NCBI GenBank assembly: GCA_038523235.1
Contig: JBCBJQ010000078.1
Coordinates: 1-27,125 of the forward strand
DNA: 27,125 nt
Direction of reading: 5' to 3'
Source of the DNA: Cyanobacteria bacterium J06626_4
GTDB taxonomy: Bacteria > Cyanobacteriota > Cyanobacteriia > Phormidesmidales > Phormidesmidaceae
Below, piece after piece: positions 1 to 9,630 of this stretch. The notes beneath the pieces were generated by a model. That model ran no database searches and was not told the origin of the DNA. It saw only the letters and a program-made list of their open reading frames with translations. The translations under genes and the position numbers were made by a program. Positions within the stretch are counted from its first letter, which is position 1. Every line of letters starts with the position of its first letter.

Positions 1-110
1 CTTGATATCAACCACTCCTCAAAGAAAATGCAAAGTGGCATAGGCGGCGGCTAATGAAAAATCGAGTGCCTAGAATAATGGTTGAAAACTGTCATATATT
101 AGGTCAAATT
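1..110. repeat. Left copy of a ~110-bp terminal inverted repeat; probable end of a multicopy mobile element at the contig edge
   Basis: Reverse complement of 27017-27125. Positions 1-77 are identical, then there are 2 substitutions (78, 95) and a 1-nt indel before the shared AGGTCAAATT. No transposase lies inside the window, so the family is unassigned. Confidence 0.9.
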
Positions 111-111
111 C

Positions 112-876
112 GTGAACTTGCGATCGCGTCAATGGCTGTGGAGTCTGGGACTGCTTGGCTGGCTAGCGGCCAATCCGGCTACGGCTAACTGTGCCGGCAC
201 CCCGGCCTCTCTGGAATGGTATGAGCCGGTGATGACCGAGCATTTTCAGCAGTTACAGAGTCAGTCAACCTATCCTTGGGGTGAAGCGCGGGTATTTGAC
301 CAGATTGTGGGCGATCGCGTTTTGCTGACTGAGGCCTTTGAAACTCTGAGCGGGCCGCAAAAAGTGCAGGTGTTGAGCACCCTGATCGGGGTTGACTTTC
401 AGGTCTATCTGACGCCAGAAGAATATGAGCGAAAGTTGAATGAACCGGGCATTGGGCCTTCACCTTACGACGTTGTGGCCAGCGATGGCCGCTTGGTATC
501 AGCAGTGTACGACGGTTGCACCCGCAATCTCCTGCTGACGGAGCGAGATCGATTTAGCTGGCACTATAACAGTCAGGGGCTTGATGTGCCCCGGAGCGAA
601 TTGCGCAATGCCGGTCAGCCGAGTTGGCGACAGGTCAATTTTGCGATCGCGCCTGAGGATGAGCTAGCGGTGCGGCTGGGGTTTTGGGAGTCAGTGGGCT
701 ACGAGAACTTTGACTGGTGGATTGCCTGGGTGCCGGAGCACGGCTACTTTGAAGTCAATGTGCCCGAGAATTTTGACGAGGCTCGACTGCAACGCTATTG
801 GCAGATGGCCGATCGCAACTATCGCTATGTTGTCGTGCGAGCTGATGGCACTGAGCTGGGCGAAAAGCAGTTTTAG
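112..876 (+). CDS. Hypothetical exported protein
   Basis: 254-aa ORF with a signal-peptide-like N-terminus (LWSLGLLGWLAANPATA) and HIP1 sites. No family recognised. The GTG start lies 1 nt from the terminal repeat. Confidence 0.75.
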   Translation: MNLRSRQWLWSLGLLGWLAANPATANCAGTPASLEWYEPVMTEHFQQLQSQSTYPWGEARVFDQIVGDRVLLTEAFETLSGPQKVQVLSTLIGVDFQVYLTPEEYERKLNEPGIGPSPYDVVASDGRLVSAVYDGCTRNLLLTERDRFSWHYNSQGLDVPRSELRNAGQPSWRQVNFAIAPEDELAVRLGFWESVGYENFDWWIAWVPEHGYFEVNVPENFDEARLQRYWQMADRNYRYVVVRADGTELGEKQF

Positions 877-1213
877 GGATGCCGTTTCTCGCTGCCTTTA
901 ACCTCGCGGCGATTTCAGAGCAGGCGCGGCGATGACTCATTGACACCCTCAAGTTTGGCGAGGGGCTAGTGCCATGCCGATTCATTGCCTGATCCGGCAA
1001 CGTTTGTCGCGGGCGATCGCCCTTGCTGGTTTTGAGCAGCTAATCTCACGTCTGTTCGCGATCTTTATCTCTGCTTGTTACTGCGATTGAACTGGCTAAT
1101 TTTCGTTTCTTGAGAGTTATTCCGGCTTGGTTGCAATTGATTTCGCACCCGTTGATCGGTGCAAACTGCGAGTAGAGAATGAAGAACGCAAATGAATTAG
1201 ATGCATTGATTTC

Positions 1214-2302
1214 ATGGCACGACGCAAACGGGTGGGGATTTTAACCAGTGGTGGAGACTGTGGAGGACTGAACGCCGTGACCCGGGCTGTTGTGCGTCAT
1301 GCCCGTGATTACGGTTTCGACATTTACGGTATCAAAGATGCCACGATGGGCTTATTGAGTCGTCCTGTGGCAGCGGAAATCTTAGATGTCAAGCGAGTGT
1401 CGGGGATTTTGCGTTATGGCGGCACTATTTTAGGCACGATTAATAAAAACAATCCCTTTGCTTATCCGATGCCTGATGGTACCGTTGCTGACCGCTCGGC
1501 AGAAGTAATTGAAGGCTATCACCAGCTAGGATTGGATGCTTTGATTGGCATTGGCGGTGATGGCAGCCTGGCGATTCTCAACAAACTCGCGACTCAAGGT
1601 CATTGGAACTTCGTCGGCGTCCCCAAAACCATTGACAATGACGTGGGCACGACAGAGCATTCGGTGGGGTTTCATACGGCTCTGAGCATCGCTGTGGAAG
1701 CGCTCGATCGCCTTACCTATACGGCTATTAGCCACAGTCGGGTCATGGTGTTAGAGGTGATGGGCCGCGATGCCGGACACATTGCCATCAGTGCCGGAAT
1801 TGCCGGTGGGGCTCACGTCATTCTGATTCCTGAGATTCCTTACTCGATGGATAAGGTGTGCAAAAAGCTTTTAGACCGCAAGGCCCGAGGACATAATTTC
1901 AGCATTGTCGTCGTCGCAGAAGCTTTGAAAACGGAAGCCGGCGACCCCGTCAAATATACCAATAGCCTTGACCAGTCTTTGTATGGCGGCATTGGCCAAT
2001 ATATCGGCAACGAAATTGCCAGTCGAACGGGCATTGAAACTCGGGTGGCAATTTTGGGCCATCTGCAGCGAGGGGGGACGCCTTCTGCTCTAGATCGATT
2101 GCTCGGGGCCGCTTTTGGGGTGGCCGCCCTTGACCTCGTTGCTGAGGAAAAATATGGTCGCATGGTTGCGTGGCAAAATCGCCGAGTAGTGAATGTTGCC
2201 ATTGAGGAAGCCATTGCCCAGTATCGATCAGTCGAAATCGACGGCGCTTTGGTGGAAACTGCTTTGGGACTTAACACCTATATTGGTGAGGTGAATGCTT
2301 AA
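1214..2302 (+). CDS. pfkA: 6-phosphofructokinase (PFK-A family)
   Basis: Motifs ILTSGGDCGGLN, GGTILGT, IGGDGS, PKTIDND, EVMGRDAG and LGHLQRGG. Confidence 0.96.
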   Translation: MARRKRVGILTSGGDCGGLNAVTRAVVRHARDYGFDIYGIKDATMGLLSRPVAAEILDVKRVSGILRYGGTILGTINKNNPFAYPMPDGTVADRSAEVIEGYHQLGLDALIGIGGDGSLAILNKLATQGHWNFVGVPKTIDNDVGTTEHSVGFHTALSIAVEALDRLTYTAISHSRVMVLEVMGRDAGHIAISAGIAGGAHVILIPEIPYSMDKVCKKLLDRKARGHNFSIVVVAEALKTEAGDPVKYTNSLDQSLYGGIGQYIGNEIASRTGIETRVAILGHLQRGGTPSALDRLLGAAFGVAALDLVAEEKYGRMVAWQNRRVVNVAIEEAIAQYRSVEIDGALVETALGLNTYIGEVNA

Positions 2303-2386
2303 AGGATATTGGGCAATTCACTAGAGGCATCCAATCAGGCCAAATGCTTCATCCTGTCCGCATCATGGTAAGGGAGTAGCCGGTGG

Positions 2387-2476
2387 GCGATCGCAACTAT
2401 CGCTGTGCCGTAGTGCGAGGCGAACAGCAATTTTGAGCATGCCGTCTCTAGCGGTCTTAAAATTGACGGCGATCGC
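2387..2476 (+). repeat. Diverged direct copy of the 3' end and downstream flank of gene 112-876 (pseudogene fragment)
   Basis: Aligns to 809-916: 28/33 nt, then an 18-nt in-frame deletion, then 41/57 nt. It encodes DRNYRCAVVR-GEQQF* versus DRNYRYVVVRADGTELGEKQF*. HIP1 sites bound it at both ends. Confidence 0.85.
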
Positions 2477-2505
2477 TACCCACCTGAGCAAGCGTTGAAA
2501 ATTGT

Positions 2506-3084
2506 ATGACGAAGACCGAAAATTTTGAACAGGTTGAGGTGACCTCTGCACAACAGCTGCGCGACTGGTTGGAGGCCAATCATACCCAGTCGGAAAGTGT
2601 CTGGCTCGTGACCTACAAAAAGCACACGGGTAACAAATACGTCTCAACGCAAGAAATTCTGGATGAGGTGCTGTGCTTTGGATGGATTGACGGCATTCGG
2701 CGCAAGCTAGACGCCGACCGCACGATGCAGCTCATTGCTCCGCGCCAAACTCAGCACTGGGCCAAAACTTACAAAGATCGAGTGGCCAAGCTGGAGCAAG
2801 CTGGACGTATGCATCCTGCTGGCCTCAAAGCGATCGAGGAGTCCAAGCGCAGTGGCCTGTGGAATTTTATGGACGATGTCGATGCCCTCATCAAGCCCGA
2901 TGATTTGGTCACTGCGTTAGCCGCCCATCCGGGGGCTGCCGATTATTTTGAGACTTTTCCTGCCGCGAGCAAGCGCAACATCTTGCGGTGGATTAAGCTC
3001 GCTAAACGGCCTGCCACCCGTGCCAAACGCATTGAGGAAACGGCTATTTTGGCTGCGCAAAATATGAAAATACCAGGGACTTGA
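2506..3084 (+). CDS. YdeI/OmpD-associated family protein
   Basis: LRDWLEANH, VLCFGWIDG, GRMHPAG and the C-terminal WIKLAKRPATRAKRI pattern. Confidence 0.88.
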   Translation: MTKTENFEQVEVTSAQQLRDWLEANHTQSESVWLVTYKKHTGNKYVSTQEILDEVLCFGWIDGIRRKLDADRTMQLIAPRQTQHWAKTYKDRVAKLEQAGRMHPAGLKAIEESKRSGLWNFMDDVDALIKPDDLVTALAAHPGAADYFETFPAASKRNILRWIKLAKRPATRAKRIEETAILAAQNMKIPGT

Positions 3085-3189
3085 ACTGCAACCAAAGCTG
3101 GTGAGGATGGGAGTCACAGTCCGGCAATATGATGGAGTCAAAGCCTCTGTAGTAGGCCAGACAAGGAGGCCAAGGTTGCCATCGACTTA

Positions 3190-3585
3190 TTAGACGTGAG
3201 CCTTGAGGATTGCCTGGGTCGCTTCATCAGCGGCAAACAGATGCTCGACCCGCAATGATGCCAGCGTAATATCTTGCGGGGTGCCAAAGGTGGTGAACAT
3301 GCTGAAAAAAGCCAGTTCACCGTACTGCGTGGCGTAGCGGGTCGTCAGCACTGGCGCGGTGGGACGCGATCCGCTGGGTTGCAAGGCTTGCCCGCCGAGA
3401 CGATCACACAATCGGGCAGCGAATGCCTCGACTTTAGGCGCGATCGCCGGTTGTACAGAAGCCTCGTGTTTGAGAATCGACAGCATAGCTGGCCCGACCT
3501 CGGCTAGGTTGACGATGGGTTTTGTGAAGCCCTCGGGGTGAGATAACAGATCGAGCAAGTTAACGGGGGCCGTGTCTGCGATCGC
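3190..3585 (-). pseudogene. C-terminal fragment of an MmyB-like (XRE/HTH_3) regulator ligand-binding domain; HTH missing
   Basis: PVNLLDLLSHPEG...FFSMFTTFGTPQDITLASLRVEHLFAADEAT matches the MmyB-like C-terminus. The first ~27 aa of ORF 3190-3666 look unrelated, and recognisable similarity begins near HIP1 3578-3585. Confidence 0.75.
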
Positions 3586-3662
3586 CCCTATTCCTCTGGC
3601 AGGAACAATCCCTACATCACGCTCAGTACTCGTTTTCCCGAGAACGCTTTCTACCCGTTTTC

Positions 3663-5033
3663 TCACTGAATGAAATAGACGTCAGTACGATGATCATCAA
3701 ACGAATAGGTCACCACCCGATCGTCGAATTGGCGTCGGTAATTGGGCGGATATTGACCGATCAGCACGGCCTGTAAATCGGCGATATATGGGGGGCGAAA
3801 GGTTTCCGGTAAGCTCGCAATTTCTGTCCCATCGACGTGGTAAAAGCGGGTTACATCCTCATCAAATGCAGAAGAGGTGACGATCAGCTGCTGCTCTGCC
3901 CAGAACTCGGTGTAGCCCCCGACATAGGTACTCAATTCTGTGCCTTCCAAGTCGTAAAGATAGCCGTTGCCAAACTCAGAGGTGACAACCCCATCGGATG
4001 TAAATTTCACAAAAGTGCCGGGTAGAGTCGCAATCTCAGTCCCGTCGGCCTGGTAAACCTGGGTGGCATTAAAATCGGCGGTAACGACCTTGCCATCAGG
4101 GGTAAACGCGGTCATGTAGCCCTTGAAAGAGGCGAGTTCTTCGCCGTTAAACCTGACGAGACGAGAAACGGCTAATCCTTCTGCGTCATAGCTAATGAGA
4201 ATCAGCCCGTCGTTGTGGGCCAGGATGCCCCGATAAAGGCCGGGAAAGGTAGCTTGCTCGACGCCATTGCGATCAAAAATGTGCGATCGCGTTTCCTCCG
4301 GTGAGGCACCGGTTCTGATCACAACGCGCTCACGATCCGGCGTAAACTCCAGTTGCGGATAGATGTCTTCAACGCTGGCGGCTGGAAACGAGACGACTAG
4401 AGTCCCCTCAAAATCAAATACGTGAAATTTCTGCTCTGATTCAGAGTAAGTAATTAAGCTGTTTTGTTCTGGCGTCAGACCATAAAATCGACCCTCAAAT
4501 GCTGCCAATTCCTCGCCGTCGAAAGACCACAAACGGGAAACCGGATCGGCTAGACCGCCATAGATGATCACTTGCTGAGCGTCTGGCATAAACGCCGCAA
4601 AGAAGCCTGGAAAACTCGCTAACGGGTCGCCGTCAAGCGTTAATAATTCCGTTGAGGGATTAGTCGGTTCCGTAGGTGCAAACCACTCATCTTTAATGAC
4701 CACCATCGCCTCGCTGTTGGGAGCAAACGCGATCGCCGCCCCCGTATGAACGCTGCGTTCGGTGCCGTCAAGATCAAAAACGTGAACCTGCTGCTCGTTT
4801 TGGGTTGCCAGGTGCTCTCCGCTAGGAGCAAAGCCCCGGAATAGCCCCTCAAAACTGGCACCTTTTTCAAACGTGAGCGAATCGGGGGCGCGCTGTGGAG
4901 TGGTGCTGGCGTCCTCTTGACCGACTAATATCGGTTGTGAATTTGTCGATTGTGAGAGGGCGCAGGCTCCTGAGGTGGTCACCAAGCACAGCGTCACTAA
5001 CCAGACTGAGCTTTGAAGCGGTTTGAAGCGCAT
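3663..5033 (-). CDS. Exported (possibly lipo-) protein with WD40-like beta-propeller repeats
   Basis: Signal peptide with possible lipobox TSGAC. About 9-10 repeats of the type (F/Y)xxdGxexasFxG..xFtPd..vv. Confidence 0.8.
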   Translation of the reverse strand: MRFKPLQSSVWLVTLCLVTTSGACALSQSTNSQPILVGQEDASTTPQRAPDSLTFEKGASFEGLFRGFAPSGEHLATQNEQQVHVFDLDGTERSVHTGAAIAFAPNSEAMVVIKDEWFAPTEPTNPSTELLTLDGDPLASFPGFFAAFMPDAQQVIIYGGLADPVSRLWSFDGEELAAFEGRFYGLTPEQNSLITYSESEQKFHVFDFEGTLVVSFPAASVEDIYPQLEFTPDRERVVIRTGASPEETRSHIFDRNGVEQATFPGLYRGILAHNDGLILISYDAEGLAVSRLVRFNGEELASFKGYMTAFTPDGKVVTADFNATQVYQADGTEIATLPGTFVKFTSDGVVTSEFGNGYLYDLEGTELSTYVGGYTEFWAEQQLIVTSSAFDEDVTRFYHVDGTEIASLPETFRPPYIADLQAVLIGQYPPNYRRQFDDRVVTYSFDDHRTDVYFIQ

Positions 5034-5351
5034 ATATGACTCCTGGATGGGGAGGGTCTAACGTGAAAGCAAGTGATTGCACAAAACTTGACTGCACCCT
5101 AAACACCCTGGCATATCTGAAAGGAGTAGATTTCTAACCGTCCATGGCCAACTACAAAAGCCGCCATGATATTTGCCGATATTTTGCAAATTATTCGATA
5201 GATAGCTTGAACCGCTGCTCATTGATGGCTTGGCTCCATGAGGTTGCTCAATATTCTTGGCGATCGCCCCTGGTGACGATCTCGAGTCAGGAATCGGGAG
5301 ATCTCGCATTGAAGAGGGTTGGTGGGCGGAAAATTTCAGAGGAGAGATGGC

Positions 5352-6326
5352 ATGTTCCTCAGTATTTTGCTCTGGCCGATCTCACTGACCCTCCTGCTAT
5401 TGAGCTTCACTCCCGGTGGGTGGTACAAGTTATGGCTCTTTGAACTCATCGGTGCGGGCTACCTCTGGTTTGCCCTGCTTACCCTGGCGCTGCTATGTGC
5501 CTTACTGCTATTCAAAGGGGGACGGCGGCGGCGCCAGCTGATGGTGGTGTTGGCGCTGGCGCTAGGGCTTTATGTCAGTACCCTCGGTAGTTGGTATGTC
5601 CCCCGGCTCCGAGATGCGAGAACCGGTGGCATGCCCCTGACGGTGATGACTTACAACGTCAACTACCAGCTATGGGATACCGCTGCCGTGACGGAGCTGG
5701 TGCGATCGCACCCCGTCGATGTCTTTGGGCTGGTGGAACCCTTTAAAGAGCAGGCCGCTGAACTGCGCGACAATGTGCAAGACCTGTATCCCCATTACTA
5801 TCGAGCCACGGGGGGTGGGTTGAGCTTGTTTAGCCGCTACCCGATCGCCGACGCGACGACGGAAAATCTGGACACGCTCTATCACAGTCTTTTCGCAGTA
5901 GTAGATGTGAAGGGTAAAGCCATTCGAGTGGTGATTGCTCATCCCCTCGCGCCGGTTTCGAGGTACAACTTCATTCACCGCAATGAAGCCATGGCCGCAC
6001 TGGCAACCTATGGAGCGCAGCAGCAGCAACAGTTGCCAACTGTGATCATGGGTGATTTCAACCTCGTCTCTTGGTCAACTTATTTTCGTGATTTCATCCA
6101 GCAGTCAAAACTCCGCAGCGTGAATTTAGGGCATGGCCTACATCCAACCTGGTTTTATAACGATGTAGGGCGATCGCTGTCTCCCCTTGATCAGGCCAAA
6201 AACGTGCTCAAAATTCCCATCGATCATGTTTTTGTGAGTCAGAGTGTCAGCGTCGATCAGGTGGCAACACCGCCTGCCGGTGTCTCTGACCATCGTCCTG
6301 TGATTGCCAAACTCAGAGTGATGTGA
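5352..6326 (+). CDS. Endonuclease/exonuclease/phosphatase (EEP, YafD-like) protein with N-terminal transmembrane helices
   Basis: Motifs VMTYNV, GLVE, IMGDFN, IPIDHVF and SDHRPV. ATG 5352 follows GAGGAG, whereas the ORF track starts at 5319. Confidence 0.9.
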   Translation: MFLSILLWPISLTLLLLSFTPGGWYKLWLFELIGAGYLWFALLTLALLCALLLFKGGRRRRQLMVVLALALGLYVSTLGSWYVPRLRDARTGGMPLTVMTYNVNYQLWDTAAVTELVRSHPVDVFGLVEPFKEQAAELRDNVQDLYPHYYRATGGGLSLFSRYPIADATTENLDTLYHSLFAVVDVKGKAIRVVIAHPLAPVSRYNFIHRNEAMAALATYGAQQQQQLPTVIMGDFNLVSWSTYFRDFIQQSKLRSVNLGHGLHPTWFYNDVGRSLSPLDQAKNVLKIPIDHVFVSQSVSVDQVATPPAGVSDHRPVIAKLRVM

Positions 6327-6628
6327 GCGATCACTTGACTTGACTCATCCTCAGCCTCTTGAGCATTGCTGGCTTGCCAACTGTTTGATACTAAGGAGGG
6401 GCCGAGGCAACTTGATCGATGCTGCAGAACTATGCCACAACGGCAACCGCGAATAGATGCTATGGCAAAGGGTAGAAAGGTGCCGGGTTCAAGGTGCCGG
6501 GAAAGCCCTTGCTGCAAGCGATCCGGCGATCAAAAGTGTCTAAACCTGACTGCGGCTCGCTATATGTTGAGTGTGTGCAGAAAAGCGGTAGCGGCGCTCT
6601 TCGCCCCTTTTGATAACTCCTTGCGCTA

Positions 6629-7489
6629 ATGGTATGCGTGATGCCGACAACAGCTGCCGAAGTTTCAGTCAAGGTCTGGGAAGCAGACGGGGTGCTGCTG
6701 GAGCACTATGCCTATACCCCCGGTGCCGTCAAACCCCTGCCAAAACATGCCCATGCCGAATATCAGTTTGGCCTGAGCTTCGATTGCCAGGGGGAGTACG
6801 CCTATCGCGGGGCGCGTCATGTCATCCCTAAAGGGCGCTTGAGCATCATTCATTCGGGTGAGGTGCATGCGCCCAGCGATCGCACGTTTTTGCCCACACC
6901 CGCTCACTTTGGCATGGCTCATATCGCGCCAGAGTGGTTGCAAAAAGTAGCCGCTGAAGTGATTCCTAAGCCGACCAGTGCGCCATTTTTTCCGGAGACG
7001 GTGATGACTGACCCCACGGCCAACCGCTTGTATTTGGCCCTGCAAGCCGTGATTCACCAACCGACGGCGCAACTCGCACGCGATACGGCACTTTGGGATT
7101 TTTTGAGCTATGTGATTGGGCATCATGCCGAGTCGCGATCGCCCATGACCGCCACTCCCTCAGTCCCCGCCGCCGTCGAGCGCGCCCGCGACTATCTCCA
7201 GGCCGATTACGCTCGCGATATTTCTTTGGAAGAACTGGCCGCGATCGCCGGTCTGAGCCGCTTTCACTTCTGTCGCGTGTTTGGCAAAACGGTTGGCGTC
7301 TCCCCCAGTGTGTACCAAACCCAACTGCGCATTGCCCAGGCCCGACGACTGCTGGCTCAGGGACTCTCCATCGCCACGGTCGCGACGATGACAGGCTTCT
7401 ATGACCAAAGCCATTTTGGCTATCACTTCAAACGTCAGGTGGGGACTACGCCCGGCAATTATGTCAGCCAGATAGCAATATCTTCCTAG
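6629..7489 (+). CDS. AraC-family transcriptional regulator
   Basis: N-terminal cupin (PKHAHAEY, SGEVH) and C-terminal double HTH (SLEELAAIAGLSRFHFCRVF...GFYDQSHFGYHFKRQVGTTPGNY). The start may be GTG 6638 or ATG 6641. Confidence 0.93.
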   Translation: MVCVMPTTAAEVSVKVWEADGVLLEHYAYTPGAVKPLPKHAHAEYQFGLSFDCQGEYAYRGARHVIPKGRLSIIHSGEVHAPSDRTFLPTPAHFGMAHIAPEWLQKVAAEVIPKPTSAPFFPETVMTDPTANRLYLALQAVIHQPTAQLARDTALWDFLSYVIGHHAESRSPMTATPSVPAAVERARDYLQADYARDISLEELAAIAGLSRFHFCRVFGKTVGVSPSVYQTQLRIAQARRLLAQGLSIATVATMTGFYDQSHFGYHFKRQVGTTPGNYVSQIAISS

Positions 7490-7697
7490 CCTGCGCGTCC
7501 CAGTCAGCCCTAGAGTTTTGAGGATTTGAGCACTAACGCATAGTCTCCTGACAGTTCCCAGTTTGAGGGGCATGGCATCTGGCCTGCCCGGAATAAGGGA
7601 AAGACCCGCAAGGGATAACGCTGCGCCAGTTCTGGATTGCTTGATATTTGCTTCACTGCGCTCAATTGAACATTGTTTTTTCAACCGCTTTATAACT

Positions 7698-8588
7698 ATG
7701 TCAATGATTAATCGCCGTAATGTCTTAGTGACCGGTTCCCTCGCCGCCGCTGGACTCGTTGCCGCCGCCGCCGGTCAGGCTGACGCGAATACGCTGAATC
7801 CACCCGCCCCTGAACCCATCGCTGCGAACCCTGCCGGGCGCTTTGCCGACCAGGTGGTGTTGATTACGGGGGCGACCTCCGGCATCGGCGAGACGACGGC
7901 AAAAGCCTTTGCCAGCGAAGGAGCCAAGGTCGTCTTTAATGGTCGCCGCGCCCAACTAGGGCAACAGGTGGAAAGCCAAATTCGCGATTTGGGCGGCGAC
8001 GCCACCTACATCCAGTCCGATGTACGCGACCCGCAGCAGGTGGAGCAATTGGTGCAAGCCACTTTGGAACAGCATGGTCGCTTGGATATTGCCTTTAACA
8101 ATGCCGGTATTTTTATGACGCCGGTAGAGATTCAGGACATGGATCTCGACAACTATCGCGACATGATGGCCACCAACTTGGATGGCGTGTTCTACTCTAT
8201 GCGCTATGAGCTACCCGTGATGATTGAGCAAGGCAGCGGCATCATCATCAATATGGCTTCTGTGGCGGGCCATCGCGGGTTTGCCAATACTCCTCACTAC
8301 AACGCCAGCAAACACGGCGTGATTGGCCTAACGAAAGCGACTGCGACCGCCAATGCTAAGCACAATATTCGGATTAATTCCATTTCGCCGCTGGCGGTGG
8401 ATACGCCGATGCTGCGGCGTTCTTTTGAGTATCAGGGGTTGACCTATGAACAAATGGCCCCCAACTTTGTCACGCCCCGCATCATGACAACGGACGAAAT
8501 GGCGCGGGCGGTCATGTTTCTAGCGTCGGCGGAAGCCACTGCTATTAACGGCATGGATCTGGATGTAACCGGTGGTCAGCTCGCTTAA
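7698..8588 (+). CDS. Short-chain dehydrogenase/reductase (SDR) with twin-arginine signal peptide
   Basis: Motifs TGATSGIG, FNNAG, NMASVAG and YNASKHG. N-terminus MSMINRRNVLVTGSLAAAGLVAAAAGQADA. Start moved to ATG 7698. Confidence 0.92.
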   Translation: MSMINRRNVLVTGSLAAAGLVAAAAGQADANTLNPPAPEPIAANPAGRFADQVVLITGATSGIGETTAKAFASEGAKVVFNGRRAQLGQQVESQIRDLGGDATYIQSDVRDPQQVEQLVQATLEQHGRLDIAFNNAGIFMTPVEIQDMDLDNYRDMMATNLDGVFYSMRYELPVMIEQGSGIIINMASVAGHRGFANTPHYNASKHGVIGLTKATATANAKHNIRINSISPLAVDTPMLRRSFEYQGLTYEQMAPNFVTPRIMTTDEMARAVMFLASAEATAINGMDLDVTGGQLA

Positions 8589-8624
8589 CTACGTGCGTTA
8601 ATCCACTTTTTTTAGGAGTTTGTG

Positions 8625-9629
8625 ATGAAACCTCTGTTTACTGGTGCATTGGCGATGACCTTGGCCACGACTGCCCTACCGATCATTGCCTACAGCGCCC
8701 AATCAATCCCGCTAGCTCAAACTTCAGCGTCTTCATCTTCCCAGGCCGTGGATGAGGCGGCGATCGCCGTCACCATCAATAGCGTCGCTACCTTTGCCGA
8801 CCAAGGAGATTTTGCCAGCATCGAAGCGCTTTATGCAGACGAGATTCAGGTCGACTACACGTCTCTCTGGGGCGGCGACGTACAAACCTACACGCCAAAA
8901 AGCCTGATGACGGCTTGGGCCAGTGTGCTGCCGGGCTTCGATCAGACCTATCACGATATTGCCAACGTTCAAGTGGAGTTGGCCGGTAACCTGGCAACGG
9001 CGACTGCCGATGTCGTCGCTGACCATCATCTGGAGGCCGACCTTTGGCAAGTCACGGGTCAGTATGAGTACCGGTTTGTGAAATCGGCTGACCAGTGGCA
9101 AATCACCCACATGACCTTCAACCTGATAGATGAGGCGGGCGATCGCGCGCTGGTTACCCTAGCAGCCGAAAGAGCAGCAACCGTGCCGGTCGCCTACCGG
9201 CAACAGCAACAGACTGAGCAAGCGGTCAGAGATTTGCTCACCAGTTTAGAAACGAAAGATATGGATGCCTTTGCCGCTGTCTGGGCTGAAGACGCCGTGC
9301 AGGATATGCCCTTTTCACCGGCAGGCTTTCCCAACCGGGTAGCAGGACGCCAAAACCTGATTCAACACTATGCGGCTTGGCCTGAGATTAGCGGCAACGC
9401 CAACTTCACCGATGAACTGGTGTTTTATCCGATGGCCGATCCGACTATGGTGTTTGCTGAGTGGCGCGGTGTCGTCGATATCTTGCCCACTGGGCGGCTC
9501 TACGAACAGCAGTATGGCGGACTTTTTCAGGTGGTAAATGGCCAAATTCAGCTATTTCGCGAGTATTACGACCCGATTGTTTTTAGCGTGGCCTTTGGCC
9601 TCGATGACAGCAATCCAGCAGGCAATTAG
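8625..9629 (+). CDS. Secreted protein with two NTF2/SnoaL-like domains
   Basis: Sec-type signal peptide. Domain 1 has ADEIQVDYTSLWGG...W.ITHM and domain 2 has WAEDAVQDMPF...GQIQLFREYYDP. RBS AGGAG at 8614. Confidence 0.88.
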   Translation: MKPLFTGALAMTLATTALPIIAYSAQSIPLAQTSASSSSQAVDEAAIAVTINSVATFADQGDFASIEALYADEIQVDYTSLWGGDVQTYTPKSLMTAWASVLPGFDQTYHDIANVQVELAGNLATATADVVADHHLEADLWQVTGQYEYRFVKSADQWQITHMTFNLIDEAGDRALVTLAAERAATVPVAYRQQQQTEQAVRDLLTSLETKDMDAFAAVWAEDAVQDMPFSPAGFPNRVAGRQNLIQHYAAWPEISGNANFTDELVFYPMADPTMVFAEWRGVVDILPTGRLYEQQYGGLFQVVNGQIQLFREYYDPIVFSVAFGLDDSNPAGN

Positions 9630-9630
9630 C

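Noticed and set aside
6477..6500. Short tandem AAGGTGCCGGG duplication upstream of araC
   Set aside because: It has only two copies and no supportable function.
7560..7650. Cobalamin-riboswitch-like AATAAGGGAA...CCCGC upstream of the SDR
   Set aside because: The remaining conserved elements (GCnACTG, B12 box) are absent.
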